A stretch of 64,000 nt of DNA, taken from sequence record MW879341.1, one strand, 5' to 3'. Below the pieces are notes generated by a model. The model was given only the letters and a program-made list of their open reading frames with translations. It was not told the origin of the DNA and made no database searches. Positions 1-8,653 of this stretch are shown here, piece after piece (the stretch's first letter is position 1; the number at the start of each line of letters is the position of its first letter). A program made the translations under genes and the position numbers.

Positions 1-38
1 TTTGTCCGTCGTCTCGAAGCCAAATAAAGGAAAACGTA

Positions 39-365
39 ATGAAAATCTCTATCAAAGAAACTCTGAAATCTCTGCTGCTGAAAGAAGGTCAGGAATCTGG
101 CGTTGACTTCGCAGGTACCACTGTCGAAACCACCGTTACCGAAATCAAAGCAGGTGTGGCTTCCCTGTCTGGTATCGACGGCGTGACTGTGCCGGGTAAA
201 GTGAGCTACTCAGACGGCGAATCTCCACTGACCGTGGGCGACGTACTGAAGATCCAACTGGACACTGGTCTGGTTGCTGAGCGCACTGTGGTTAAAGCGC
301 CAACTGACCGCAAACGTAACGGCACCGGTAGCCCAGACTACAGCATGAAATCTCAGGGTATCTAA
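39..365 (+). CDS. hypothetical protein
   Basis: AAGGA SD, biased codons, followed by a terminator; no motif recognised. Confidence 0.75.
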   Translation: MKISIKETLKSLLLKEGQESGVDFAGTTVETTVTEIKAGVASLSGIDGVTVPGKVSYSDGESPLTVGDVLKIQLDTGLVAERTVVKAPTDRKRNGTGSPDYSMKSQGI

Positions 366-378
366 ACCCAAAACCTTC

Positions 379-404
379 AGGAGGACTTCGGTCCTCCTTT
401 TATG
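379..404 (+). terminator. intrinsic terminator (UUCG hairpin + TTTTATG)
   Basis: AGGAGGAC-TTCG-GTCCTCCT then TTTATG. Confidence 0.85.
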
Positions 405-425
405 ACGTCTTTAAGGAATTGAGCT

Positions 426-923
426 ATGACAACGATTGTGTATCGTGATGGTGTACTGGCAGCAGACTGTCAGATGTTGGTAGCTGGGGACAGCGCTAAC
501 CGTTACTACTTCAAGGGCACTAAGATCTACCGCCCCGCTTGTAAAACGCTCGTGTATGCTTCCACGGGTATGAACTATGATGCCACTACGCAGGCACTGT
601 TAACCAACGCGCTGAAGATGGGTATTGCCGAATTAGCCGCCGACGGAATCACCCCACGCGTACGTAAACTGATTTATGAACTGTTTACCAAAGAGACCAT
701 TGTCTGTACCAAGACAAAGGTTTACCACATTCGCAAAGGCGATATGGTTGAACTGTCCCCTGAGATTCCGTGGTTAACTGTAGGGTCCGGTACGTGCTTC
801 TCAGGACTGGCCTTACAGAAAGGTTTAAACGCTAAAGCCTCCGTTGAGTTCGCAAACAAAATGGACGTACTCTCTGGCTTCGGTGTAGAAACTGTACTTT
901 TAAATAAACTGCGTAAATCATAA
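426..923 (+). CDS. Ntn-hydrolase / proteasome-beta (HslV-like) peptidase
   Basis: N-terminal M-TTIVYRDGVLAAD, Lys about 32 residues in, GSG motif, C-terminal D..SG; matches the recalled Thr-nucleophile pattern. Confidence 0.6.
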   Translation: MTTIVYRDGVLAADCQMLVAGDSANRYYFKGTKIYRPACKTLVYASTGMNYDATTQALLTNALKMGIAELAADGITPRVRKLIYELFTKETIVCTKTKVYHIRKGDMVELSPEIPWLTVGSGTCFSGLALQKGLNAKASVEFANKMDVLSGFGVETVLLNKLRKS

Positions 924-935
924 GGACTAACAGCT

Positions 936-1439
936 ATGTCAAACTTCTATCTGTTTAAAGGTAACAAGATCGCCATCACAATGGGCGGTTGTCGTTCCAA
1001 TGGTCTGTTTGCTCCAACTAACATCGAAAATCTGATTACCGCGCACGGTTTATTAATCCCGGTGTCTTCTAGCTTTATGAACGTATTGGACATGTTGGAA
1101 GACACAACCCCCGCTCCTGCCCGTGCTGTAGACAGTTGGTGCTGTAGCATCCTCGACTATGAAGGCGTGCTGCGTGACTTTTACGTCGATTCAAGTGACG
1201 GGGAGTCCACCATTAAATACGAGCGTCAGATGACAGGTCCTGGTTGTACCGGTGCGCGTTCACGCTGGTTAGAGGTAGAGGAGCGTGCTATGGCCTCATT
1301 GGCTCTCTGTGAGACTGTGGAAGAAGCGCTGGACCTGATCGTGCAACATAACGGCTACAAGCGTGAGTGGTATAAGATCTTCGAAATTCCTGAACTGTTG
1401 AAAATGATGGGAGCTAGCAAAGGTGAAAGTCGAACATAA
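936..1439 (+). CDS. hypothetical protein (possible degenerate Ntn paralog)
   Basis: AAGGA SD, similar length to upstream gene; relationship is inference only. Confidence 0.6.
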   Translation: MSNFYLFKGNKIAITMGGCRSNGLFAPTNIENLITAHGLLIPVSSSFMNVLDMLEDTTPAPARAVDSWCCSILDYEGVLRDFYVDSSDGESTIKYERQMTGPGCTGARSRWLEVEERAMASLALCETVEEALDLIVQHNGYKREWYKIFEIPELLKMMGASKGESRT

Positions 1440-1893
1440 GGCACTACTCTACGTACCACACGATGACCCACGATCAGTTACCCCTGTGGTTGTGGTTGGG
1501 CAAGTGGGTGACCACTGGTTTAAAGTTGCTATGTGTGGTGAGTTTATTACCGTACATGAAACTGAACTACACAAAGACTACGTGCCTGAAGAAGTCGTTG
1601 AAGAATCAATGTTGTTGTTAGACATTCCAGAAATGGCTGGCTTGCAGATGAGTCGCGACGGATTTATCAAGATGACTATTGACGGTAGTCCGCGAGTGTT
1701 CAACATTCGTGATGTCTATGACCTGACGCTCGATCGCGACGACGAGTACCCAGACCAGTGGCGTGTTAAGATGTCATGTGCGGCGCACAGTAACTGGGTA
1801 CGTTCTAAGTCGCAACAGACTATGATTGCGGTATACGGCACTCTCATTCAAGCTCGTGATTATTTCACTGGCTTCTCTAAAACTCTCCTCTGA
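1423..1893 (+). CDS. hypothetical protein
   Basis: ORF packed in + strand operon. Confidence 0.65.
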   Translation: MKVEHKALLYVPHDDPRSVTPVVVVGQVGDHWFKVAMCGEFITVHETELHKDYVPEEVVEESMLLLDIPEMAGLQMSRDGFIKMTIDGSPRVFNIRDVYDLTLDRDDEYPDQWRVKMSCAAHSNWVRSKSQQTMIAVYGTLIQARDYFTGFSKTLL

Positions 1894-1907
1894 CAAGGGT
1901 TACTTAA

Positions 1908-2486
1908 ATGTTCCGCAAAGGCAATTTCCGTTTTGGTATCTACACCTTCAACGACGACCATGGTTATTCATGGTTGGTGATTGGCTTACTGGCTCTACAG
2001 ATTAAACTGCGCCCTAAGAAGGGTCGCTATGGATTACACCTCACCCGTGCGGGACTGTTTATTTGGTGGGGCATTCACAAACTGGTATTGGACAATAAGC
2101 TGGTACCGATTGTACTCAAGACTACTCAGTTGACGGCCAATGCAAAGCCAGCTCCTGAAAGTAACTACAGTGTTTCTGACCACCACGTCACCATCTACAA
2201 TGGACCGTACCACCTGCGTATGCGTGTGTATGGATTCCGTGAAGTAGAGTACGGGTTCAGTTGGCTACCTGGGTTGGTTTGGCGGAAGTGGATTGTTGAC
2301 TTAGCTCAAGACCCACAGACGTTTAACCCTGAGTACAAAATGCACATGGTTTACGTTTCATCGCAAAAGCGGACACTCGGTACGTTCACCCAAGCATTGA
2401 GACATAGTCCTGACGCGCTGGTAGCGATGGAGGATGCCGATGGTTTCGGTGGAGTTGGCTGTTTACGATACCGACCTAGAGGGTAA
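1908..2486 (+). CDS. hypothetical protein
   Basis: ORF with SD, operon packing. Confidence 0.65.
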   Translation: MFRKGNFRFGIYTFNDDHGYSWLVIGLLALQIKLRPKKGRYGLHLTRAGLFIWWGIHKLVLDNKLVPIVLKTTQLTANAKPAPESNYSVSDHHVTIYNGPYHLRMRVYGFREVEYGFSWLPGLVWRKWIVDLAQDPQTFNPEYKMHMVYVSSQKRTLGTFTQALRHSPDALVAMEDADGFGGVGCLRYRPRG

Positions 2487-2802
2487 GTGTATCGCGTGTT
2501 CACGCTTTGACCAGTATAACACGCAACCCCATGTCTTGTTAGAAGACAAAGAAGAGTTCATTCGTAACTACGCACGCTATAAAAGAAATGACATAGTGTG
2601 TGAGTTTAAAGAGGTTAGTGATTTTAAGTGGGAAATACACCTCAGCTGCGACGAAGAATCCCCTAAGCGTAAGTTTGCTAACAGTGCTTGCGATTATCAC
2701 TTTCGTCTCTTTTATAAGGTAGAACCAAATGGCTGGACAAGTAACCCAGGAACTGACGACAACACTGATTGCGTTGAGTCTGAAAGTAAAGGAACTGAAT
2801 GA
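2440..2802 (+). CDS. hypothetical protein
   Basis: GGAGG SD favours the second ATG at 2440. Confidence 0.6.
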   Translation: MVSVELAVYDTDLEGKCIACSRFDQYNTQPHVLLEDKEEFIRNYARYKRNDIVCEFKEVSDFKWEIHLSCDEESPKRKFANSACDYHFRLFYKVEPNGWTSNPGTDDNTDCVESESKGTE

Positions 2803-2830
2803 GAAACCCGGAGCACGCGTTAATATCGAA

Positions 2831-3049
2831 ATGCGTGCTTTTGTAAAGGCTCGGTTGAAGCTCGTAAAGCTTAAAACAACCAAAGCAATACTGATGGGTA
2901 TCACGGGTCACTACTTCCCATTTAAATATGCCGTTAGCGTTTTGGACCTTTATAAGGACCTCGTTGACGGTACGGTATTAGTTGACTTCAAAGATACCAA
3001 TGGTATGCCTCTTTATATACACGATCAACAGGAAAAGCAAGATGAGTAA
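2831..3049 (+). CDS. hypothetical protein (start uncertain)
   Basis: fills the gap to the next gene; no clear SD. Confidence 0.4.
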   Translation: MRAFVKARLKLVKLKTTKAILMGITGHYFPFKYAVSVLDLYKDLVDGTVLVDFKDTNGMPLYIHDQQEKQDE

Positions 3050-3218
3050 GGTAGACGATATTCTGGCAGCAGGTGCAGCGGGCAAAGCGGAAGACGATTT
3101 CGATCTGGGACATCTGGACCTGGAAGCGGCGTCTGAAAACGTAGAGCGCATGCGCGATGGCGGCGGTGAAGTTCTGGAAGCAACCAACAGCTGTGATGGC
3201 GGCGGTTGCATTATCTAA
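3042..3218 (+). CDS. small acidic protein with C-terminal CDGGGC
   Basis: ATG 3042 behind AGGA; 58 aa; biased codons. Confidence 0.7.
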   Translation: MSKVDDILAAGAAGKAEDDFDLGHLDLEAASENVERMRDGGGEVLEATNSCDGGGCII

Positions 3219-3229
3219 GAGGGTGAGCT

Positions 3230-3430
3230 ATGACAGCCTCTAGACGTAATACACGTTATGCTTTGGCTGACCTCAAAACTGGTGTGGCCAAGTACGACGC
3301 AACGACTAAGAAAACAACCTTAGCGTTAACATTCACAACAGGCGCAGTGGCGCTGGTAATGCCAAACGATGAAACTAAACTTCTCGGTGGCATTGCTACT
3401 CGTCTACAAGCCTTCAAACCACTGGGGTAG
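3230..3430 (+). CDS. hypothetical protein
   Basis: GAGG SD, operon packing. Confidence 0.65.
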   Translation: MTASRRNTRYALADLKTGVAKYDATTKKTTLALTFTTGAVALVMPNDETKLLGGIATRLQAFKPLG

Positions 3431-3433
3431 TTT

Positions 3434-3814
3434 ATGGCACGTATTCTGATGGGCTACCCGGGTTCTGGTTTATCGACCTGGGTGAAACAACAACCCGATG
3501 AGAGTAAACCTATCTGGCAAACGGAATTTGATGCCAGTGCAGTTGCAGGTGACGCCGTAGTCTGTATTCAATACAGCTACGATAACATGCAAGCTGTGGC
3601 AGCGGCAGGACTAGGCGTTACAATGCTCTATCCTGCACCAGAGTGTATTCCTGAGTATTACGACCGCATGATTGAAGAAGGTGTTGAAGAAGCAGACGCT
3701 CAACTGTTTGCTGCCACCATCGATTCAGACCTGCGTGACTTACGGGAATCAGAGAACCCCAACGAGCACCACGTAATCTTAGGCCGTGGCGAGTACTGCT
3801 ACGACCGTCTGTAA
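3434..3814 (+). CDS. hypothetical protein with degenerate P-loop
   Basis: ILMGYPGSGLST resembles Walker A but lacks the Lys. Confidence 0.6.
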   Translation: MARILMGYPGSGLSTWVKQQPDESKPIWQTEFDASAVAGDAVVCIQYSYDNMQAVAAAGLGVTMLYPAPECIPEYYDRMIEEGVEEADAQLFAATIDSDLRDLRESENPNEHHVILGRGEYCYDRL

Positions 3815-3816
3815 CA

Positions 3817-3843
3817 GGGGAGGACTTCGGTCCTCCTTTTATG
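3817..3843 (+). terminator. intrinsic terminator
   Basis: GGAGGAC-TTCG-GTCCTCC-TTTTATG. Confidence 0.85.
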
Positions 3844-3874
3844 CGTATATTTAAAAATTATCATAAGGCATTGT

Positions 3875-4471
3875 ATGAAAAACCTTGGTTTGTTACGTTC
3901 GACGCATTATCCTGAAATCTCAAACAAGCTACTGTACTTACCTTTGGTCGTAGCCCTCGGTATTCAATATACACCTACGTATAACCTGCTCGTACTCTGT
4001 AGTCTCTTTGGTTTGATGATAGCAATATCCTACTGGACGATTGTTAAAGACCACAGACAGTTGCGACAATTCGGATTACACCGACCCACTAAATGGTGTG
4101 CGTTGCTATTCCCACTCTACGTTATCTGGCGTAATAGAGAAACGGGTGGCGACAGGGCACCGACGATTGCGTTGATAGTCTATTTGATACTCAGCGTATG
4201 GATTACGGTATCTGGTACTAACAAAGCGATACACGATACCCTTGAAATTACCAGTTGCGTTAAGATCATAGAGCACCAACTGAGTGCTGGTCCACGGGAA
4301 CCCATCTGTCAACGCGTTACATTGACGCATGAGGACGAAGACAATAAGTGGACTGGTTATGCGCTACTGTCTGATGAAGCCACCATACCTGTTACGGTCT
4401 GGGGTAATCGCGGTGTGCGTAAAGTAGATGCAGAACTTTCTCCAGGTGTTATCACCACTATCTTTAATTAA
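3875..4471 (+). CDS. putative membrane protein
   Basis: several hydrophobic N-terminal segments, soluble C-terminal domain. Confidence 0.65.
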   Translation: MKNLGLLRSTHYPEISNKLLYLPLVVALGIQYTPTYNLLVLCSLFGLMIAISYWTIVKDHRQLRQFGLHRPTKWCALLFPLYVIWRNRETGGDRAPTIALIVYLILSVWITVSGTNKAIHDTLEITSCVKIIEHQLSAGPREPICQRVTLTHEDEDNKWTGYALLSDEATIPVTVWGNRGVRKVDAELSPGVITTIFN

Positions 4472-4489
4472 CGTTAGGAAACCATTACG

Positions 4490-4858
4490 ATGATCAGCGA
4501 ACCACATATCACTACCATTGAAAACATCACCATCATCAAAGACATCAGTCGCGACGAAGACGGTGAATGTTTCATGCGCTGCCGCGTTATCTTCAAAAAG
4601 CCGGACACTGATAAAGAAGTTGTCCTGTCTGACCTGAAGCTGGCGATCACCACTGAGTTGGATGACTTTACTCCGACCAAAGCACTGATCGCGACCTGGC
4701 TTGGCCTTGGTCTGTTCGTTCCACTGACTGCACGTACTGAAGTGTTGTCTGACTACGGTCTGTCTAAGACTGGTTTCCAGGTTACTCCTTATGCTATCGA
4801 AGTTGCACACGCTTACGCTGTGCTGACCGAAGGTAAGGACATTACCGAAGCCATCTAA
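4490..4858 (+). CDS. hypothetical protein
   Basis: AGGA SD, strongly biased codons, terminator after. Confidence 0.75.
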   Translation: MISEPHITTIENITIIKDISRDEDGECFMRCRVIFKKPDTDKEVVLSDLKLAITTELDDFTPTKALIATWLGLGLFVPLTARTEVLSDYGLSKTGFQVTPYAIEVAHAYAVLTEGKDITEAI

Positions 4859-4869
4859 ACAACCCCATC

Positions 4870-4899
4870 GGGGCAGGAAAGTCCTGCCCTCTTTTTTTT
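4870..4899 (+). terminator. intrinsic terminator
   Basis: GGGCAGGA-AAG-TCCTGCCC followed by T run. Confidence 0.85.
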
Positions 4900-4910
4900 G
4901 GAGACGCGCC

Positions 4911-5099
4911 ATGTATGTACTGTCAATTTACTTGCTGGTAGCCGCCTTATTCGATCTGTCCATTAAACGCAGTGCAAGGCGTTCTCGCTATCGCACACAA
5001 CCCCGTTGGTATGAAACCACAGGCCGTAGTATCGCAGCGTTAGCATGGCTTCCAGTAATGATCTACGTACTCTGGAAGAAACTTCGAGGTCGTCGGTAA
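4911..5099 (+). CDS. small basic membrane protein
   Basis: GGAG SD; two hydrophobic stretches, Arg-rich. Confidence 0.55.
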   Translation: MYVLSIYLLVAALFDLSIKRSARRSRYRTQPRWYETTGRSIAALAWLPVMIYVLWKKLRGRR

Positions 5100-5127
5100 T
5101 TTTATGTCACTTTAGGAGGACGTACCG

Positions 5128-5595
5128 ATGGCTGAAACTGTAGGGTATTCGGCACTCAAGCCAATACTCAATCCGAATAACAACATCCTCAAGTCAATAG
5201 ATACTCTTAAATACCCGAAAGGGGTGGAGCCTATTGCGTTGAAAAAGCTACACTGCACACTGATGTACGATGAGCGCAATAATATCAAAGGCGATTTCGA
5301 TATACCGCCAGAGATCTACCACGCTAACGTAATGGGTGTAGCCGTGTTGGGTAAGGCTGTAGTTCTGTTACTTTCGTCAGACGAGATTATGCGTCGGCAC
5401 TTTGAGTTACTGGACCTCGGCTTCAAATACAGCTTCGACAACTACGCACCACACCTTAGCATCGTCTATGCTGGCAATGATGCTGAAGACGGAGCGTTGG
5501 AGCAAGTGCGTGTGCAAGTACAGGCACTGTTAACGAAGAAGCTGATCCCAAGCCAGCTGTACTTTACGGACGAGTACTGGAAGCCCTGCGATTAA
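5128..5595 (+). CDS. acb1: 2H phosphoesterase, T4 gp57B/Acb1-like anti-CBASS nuclease
   Basis: two 2H motifs (KLHCTLMY, YAPHLSIVY) plus VLLLSSDEIMRRH..LG..YSFDNY and DEYWKP, matching the recalled T4 Acb1 pattern (KIHSTICY, LVLDSEYLRCRH..ALGATHDFDDYTPHITLSY, REYKEP). Confidence 0.7.
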   Translation: MAETVGYSALKPILNPNNNILKSIDTLKYPKGVEPIALKKLHCTLMYDERNNIKGDFDIPPEIYHANVMGVAVLGKAVVLLLSSDEIMRRHFELLDLGFKYSFDNYAPHLSIVYAGNDAEDGALEQVRVQVQALLTKKLIPSQLYFTDEYWKPCD

Positions 5596-5598
5596 CTC

Positions 5599-5633
5599 AA
5601 CTTTACCTAGGCTTCGGCTTGGGTAAAGTTTTA
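5599..5633 (+). terminator. intrinsic terminator
   Basis: AACTTTACCTAGGC-TTCG-GCTTGGGTAAAGTT. Confidence 0.75.
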
Positions 5634-5681
5634 CTATGTTTGTCTATTTTGTAACTACCACAACAAACCGGATTATAAGAA

Positions 5682-6263
5682 ATGTCACAGCTCTATTTTA
5701 AGTATGGTCAGATGAACTGCGGTAAGACCACGACCCTGATTCAGAACGCGTACAACTACCAGGAACGTGGTATGCGTGTTATTGTTCTGAAGCCTGCGGT
5801 AGATACCCGCGAAACTAACGCTGCGGAAGTTGTCTCGCGTATCGGGCTGGTACACGAAGCCCGTTTAGTGTCTAAAGAAACCAACCTCTATCAGTTGGCA
5901 GTGCACTCCAACGATGCTGGTCGCTTACACTGCATCATGGTAGACGAATCACAGTTCCTGACTCCTGACCAGGTTGACCAACTGTCAGACGTAGTTGACA
6001 TGTTAGACATCCCTGTACTCTGCTTCGGGCTGCGTAGCGACTTCCAGGGTAATGCCTTCCCGGGTAGTCTGCGCCTGTTAACCATTGCTGACAAACTCGA
6101 AGAGATCAAGACTGTTTGCCATTGTGGTAAGAAAGCCACAATGGTTCTGCGCTTAGACGCTAACGGTGATGTTGTGCGTAGCGGTGAGCAGGTGCAGATT
6201 GGTGGTAATGAATCGTACGTCTCTGTGTGTCGTAAGCACTTTATCTCTGGACAGGTGAAATAA
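5682..6263 (+). CDS. tdk: thymidine kinase
   Basis: GQMNCGKTT Walker A, VDESQF, FGLRSDFQG, CHCGKKA Zn site, YVSVCRKH. Confidence 0.95.
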   Translation: MSQLYFKYGQMNCGKTTTLIQNAYNYQERGMRVIVLKPAVDTRETNAAEVVSRIGLVHEARLVSKETNLYQLAVHSNDAGRLHCIMVDESQFLTPDQVDQLSDVVDMLDIPVLCFGLRSDFQGNAFPGSLRLLTIADKLEEIKTVCHCGKKATMVLRLDANGDVVRSGEQVQIGGNESYVSVCRKHFISGQVK

Positions 6264-6829
6264 TGGAAACTCGTCAGTTTTGGATGGAGAATACTTGCTG
6301 GGAGCTGACCGAGTCAGATGCTAGACGTTTACGCTTCCTTATACTGACGGGTACGTTTCTGGTAGAGCGTGGCCTACCCATTGGGTCAGTCTTTACTCCA
6401 ACGCATCCGGTGAAAATCACGTCCAAGGAATTTGAGTGCCCGGTTGAATACCGACAGATTCCTATCTGCTTTAAACAGAACAACGAACGCATCGTGGTTA
6501 CTTTACGGATGGAACCTCGCACTGTGGTACTTAGCGGTACTGTGGGTGCTGTGATTATCTGCAATAAGTTAGCTGACTTGTACGCTGGACCAGAACTGAA
6601 TATCAACCCAACGCCTTACCACAAGAACAAACGCGCCGATTGGATAGACGTAGTTCACGATGGTGAGAAAGTTGACGAACTTTGGTTAGACATCAATACC
6701 GTGTTGGTTAAATACCAAGACCAGATCTTTGATGACAAATACCCGGATGAGCGTTTGACCTATAAACGCCATGTACCGAAGAACTACCCTAACTGGGTAA
6801 AACATTCACTTTCATTTATTACTTGCTAA
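6263..6829 (+). CDS. hypothetical protein
   Basis: TAATG coupling to tdk. Confidence 0.7.
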   Translation: METRQFWMENTCWELTESDARRLRFLILTGTFLVERGLPIGSVFTPTHPVKITSKEFECPVEYRQIPICFKQNNERIVVTLRMEPRTVVLSGTVGAVIICNKLADLYAGPELNINPTPYHKNKRADWIDVVHDGEKVDELWLDINTVLVKYQDQIFDDKYPDERLTYKRHVPKNYPNWVKHSLSFITC

Positions 6830-6839
6830 AGGTAAAATA

Positions 6840-8522
6840 ATGACTTTTCCATATCGCGCACGACAGATCGCCCTAGACTGGGACGATACTCTGAATAACA
6901 CTTACATCGGTTTACGTAACGCATGTGCTGCTGCCGGTGCTGTGTTGCCTGAAGAAGGTGTGTTCCTTACTAATGAAAACACACAGGGTATCTTAGACGG
7001 TGTGCTAAAGGCCGGCGACTATATGTCAGAGCGTCACGTACGTGAACATGACGACCTCCTGACACAGCAAATACTGCGTGCACAGAGCCTGGGCATTAGC
7101 GTGGGTATCTGTAGTCACCGTGGTTACATTCCAAACGCACTGGAGAAATCCCAACCAGCGTTTGACCAGCTTAACTGGAAGCCTGACTTTATCATCCTAC
7201 TGGACCCATCTAAAACACCAAACAAGCTGGCTGTGTTAGATGAGACGTTCGGTGCTGGACAATATCTGTTGGCCGACGATCGTCCGCAGTGGGATGCTGA
7301 AGAACCGCTACCGTGTGAAGTGGTGTTGATGGATCAGGCATGGAATGTCGACATCGAAACGCATACCGGTCTCCATCGTGTAAGTGGATTGAAAGAACTG
7401 TCTGGGACTTTACACCACTTCATCAGTTGCCGCACTGTGCCAGAAACGATCCAGCGTGCTTACGGACATTGGACTCGTGAAGACGAAATCAACTACGCTA
7501 TCGCACAACGCGCTCTGGGTAAAAACGCTCACAGTGAACTGGATGCTTTGATCGCTAAACTCAAAGAGCATGGACACACGCCAGAGAGTTGGGGTGCCAA
7601 GGCATTCGAAACCAACGGCTCAGTGTTAGTAACGATGAATCCCAAAGATCGTATCAATGAGACGAAGTACCAACATCGTCTACTGCGTGCTGCCTGTGGG
7701 TTGCCTACGTTACCTATCGATAAGAACTTCACTTACGAGTGGAAGTCTGAGGCAGGTGGACACCGTGCTATTCGCTACCCACAGCTAACCTGGACTGAGG
7801 ACGATCGCCTTTTAGTTCCAATGGCAATCATGCAACCTAAACCTTACTACACAGGTTGGGTTTCTACCGGAACGCACGAGCACGAGACTGAGGCTAGTCC
7901 TACTGGTCTGATTGATATCCCTGCGAAACCGTACGTGGTCTATATCAACAAAAGTCGTATTCAGGTAGAAGATCCTGTTAAGTATGCTGCCGAAGCGCGT
8001 CGTTGTTTGATGGTGTCGATAGAGGCAGGTACGGACTCAGTGACTAATCTACCCGTACCCGCAGTTATCGCTGACTTCCTGCTGAAGAATACGATCTTAC
8101 CAAGTGACGTAGTATCGTTTCTTGAGTTCTATCAGTATGCGCTGGAGACGTGGGCTGACCGTGGGGCAATAGCGTGGTGGAAGGTTGTTAAAGAGTGGTT
8201 ATCTATTCCGTCTCTGAATGGTCGCACTCAACGCATAGTGTTGGTTCTTCAGCAGTACACTGGTAAAGTCCAACAGGAAGTCATTAAGTTGAAGGTCTGG
8301 GTCCAAACGAGTCCTAACAACTACCTGGTCAATAGCAGTGAAGGTCTGCCTGATGCCATTAAGGATTATGAGGCAACAACGAGATTGGAGGTTCGTCCAC
8401 ACACGATCCCTACAGCGTACCCTACGCTGTTGACTTTCCTACCTATGGATAAGGTCGCCTATTATACGTCACAGTCGTTAGCGGACGTTGTACAAGGCGT
8501 ACAGCTATCCCAATCGCGTTAA
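6840..8522 (+). CDS. HAD-family (5'-nucleotidase-like) domain fused to unknown C-terminal region
   Basis: IALDWDDTL motif I, CSHR motif II, LADDR motif IV, MDQAWN; about 360 further aa unassigned. Confidence 0.6.
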   Translation: MTFPYRARQIALDWDDTLNNTYIGLRNACAAAGAVLPEEGVFLTNENTQGILDGVLKAGDYMSERHVREHDDLLTQQILRAQSLGISVGICSHRGYIPNALEKSQPAFDQLNWKPDFIILLDPSKTPNKLAVLDETFGAGQYLLADDRPQWDAEEPLPCEVVLMDQAWNVDIETHTGLHRVSGLKELSGTLHHFISCRTVPETIQRAYGHWTREDEINYAIAQRALGKNAHSELDALIAKLKEHGHTPESWGAKAFETNGSVLVTMNPKDRINETKYQHRLLRAACGLPTLPIDKNFTYEWKSEAGGHRAIRYPQLTWTEDDRLLVPMAIMQPKPYYTGWVSTGTHEHETEASPTGLIDIPAKPYVVYINKSRIQVEDPVKYAAEARRCLMVSIEAGTDSVTNLPVPAVIADFLLKNTILPSDVVSFLEFYQYALETWADRGAIAWWKVVKEWLSIPSLNGRTQRIVLVLQQYTGKVQQEVIKLKVWVQTSPNNYLVNSSEGLPDAIKDYEATTRLEVRPHTIPTAYPTLLTFLPMDKVAYYTSQSLADVVQGVQLSQSR

Positions 8523-8524
8523 AC

Positions 8525-8573
8525 GGCATAAGTTGCTAAGGGGTCCTTCGGGACCCCTCATTTATGCCTTTTT
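8525..8573 (+). terminator. extended terminator hairpin
   Basis: GGCATAA...AGGGGTCC-TTCG-GGACCCCT...TTATGCC-TTTTT. Confidence 0.8.
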
Positions 8574-8597
8574 CTTTGTCTTATTGAATCAGTAAAA

Positions 8598-8624
8598 TTT
8601 CAAATATATATCATTTTAGTGTAA
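8598..8624 (+). promoter_or_regulatory. early (vRNAP-type) promoter motif, variant
   Basis: TTTCAAATATATATCATTTTAGTGTAA resembles the other seven copies. Confidence 0.55.
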
Positions 8625-8653
8625 TTAGCCCAACCACAAATAAGGAAAGCATT

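Noticed and set aside
2799-2846. Good SD + ATG at 2799 opening only a 15-codon ORF, out of frame with ORF 2831-3049
   Set aside because: Could be a frameshifted gene or a sequencing error, but there is no slippery site or homology evidence to decide.
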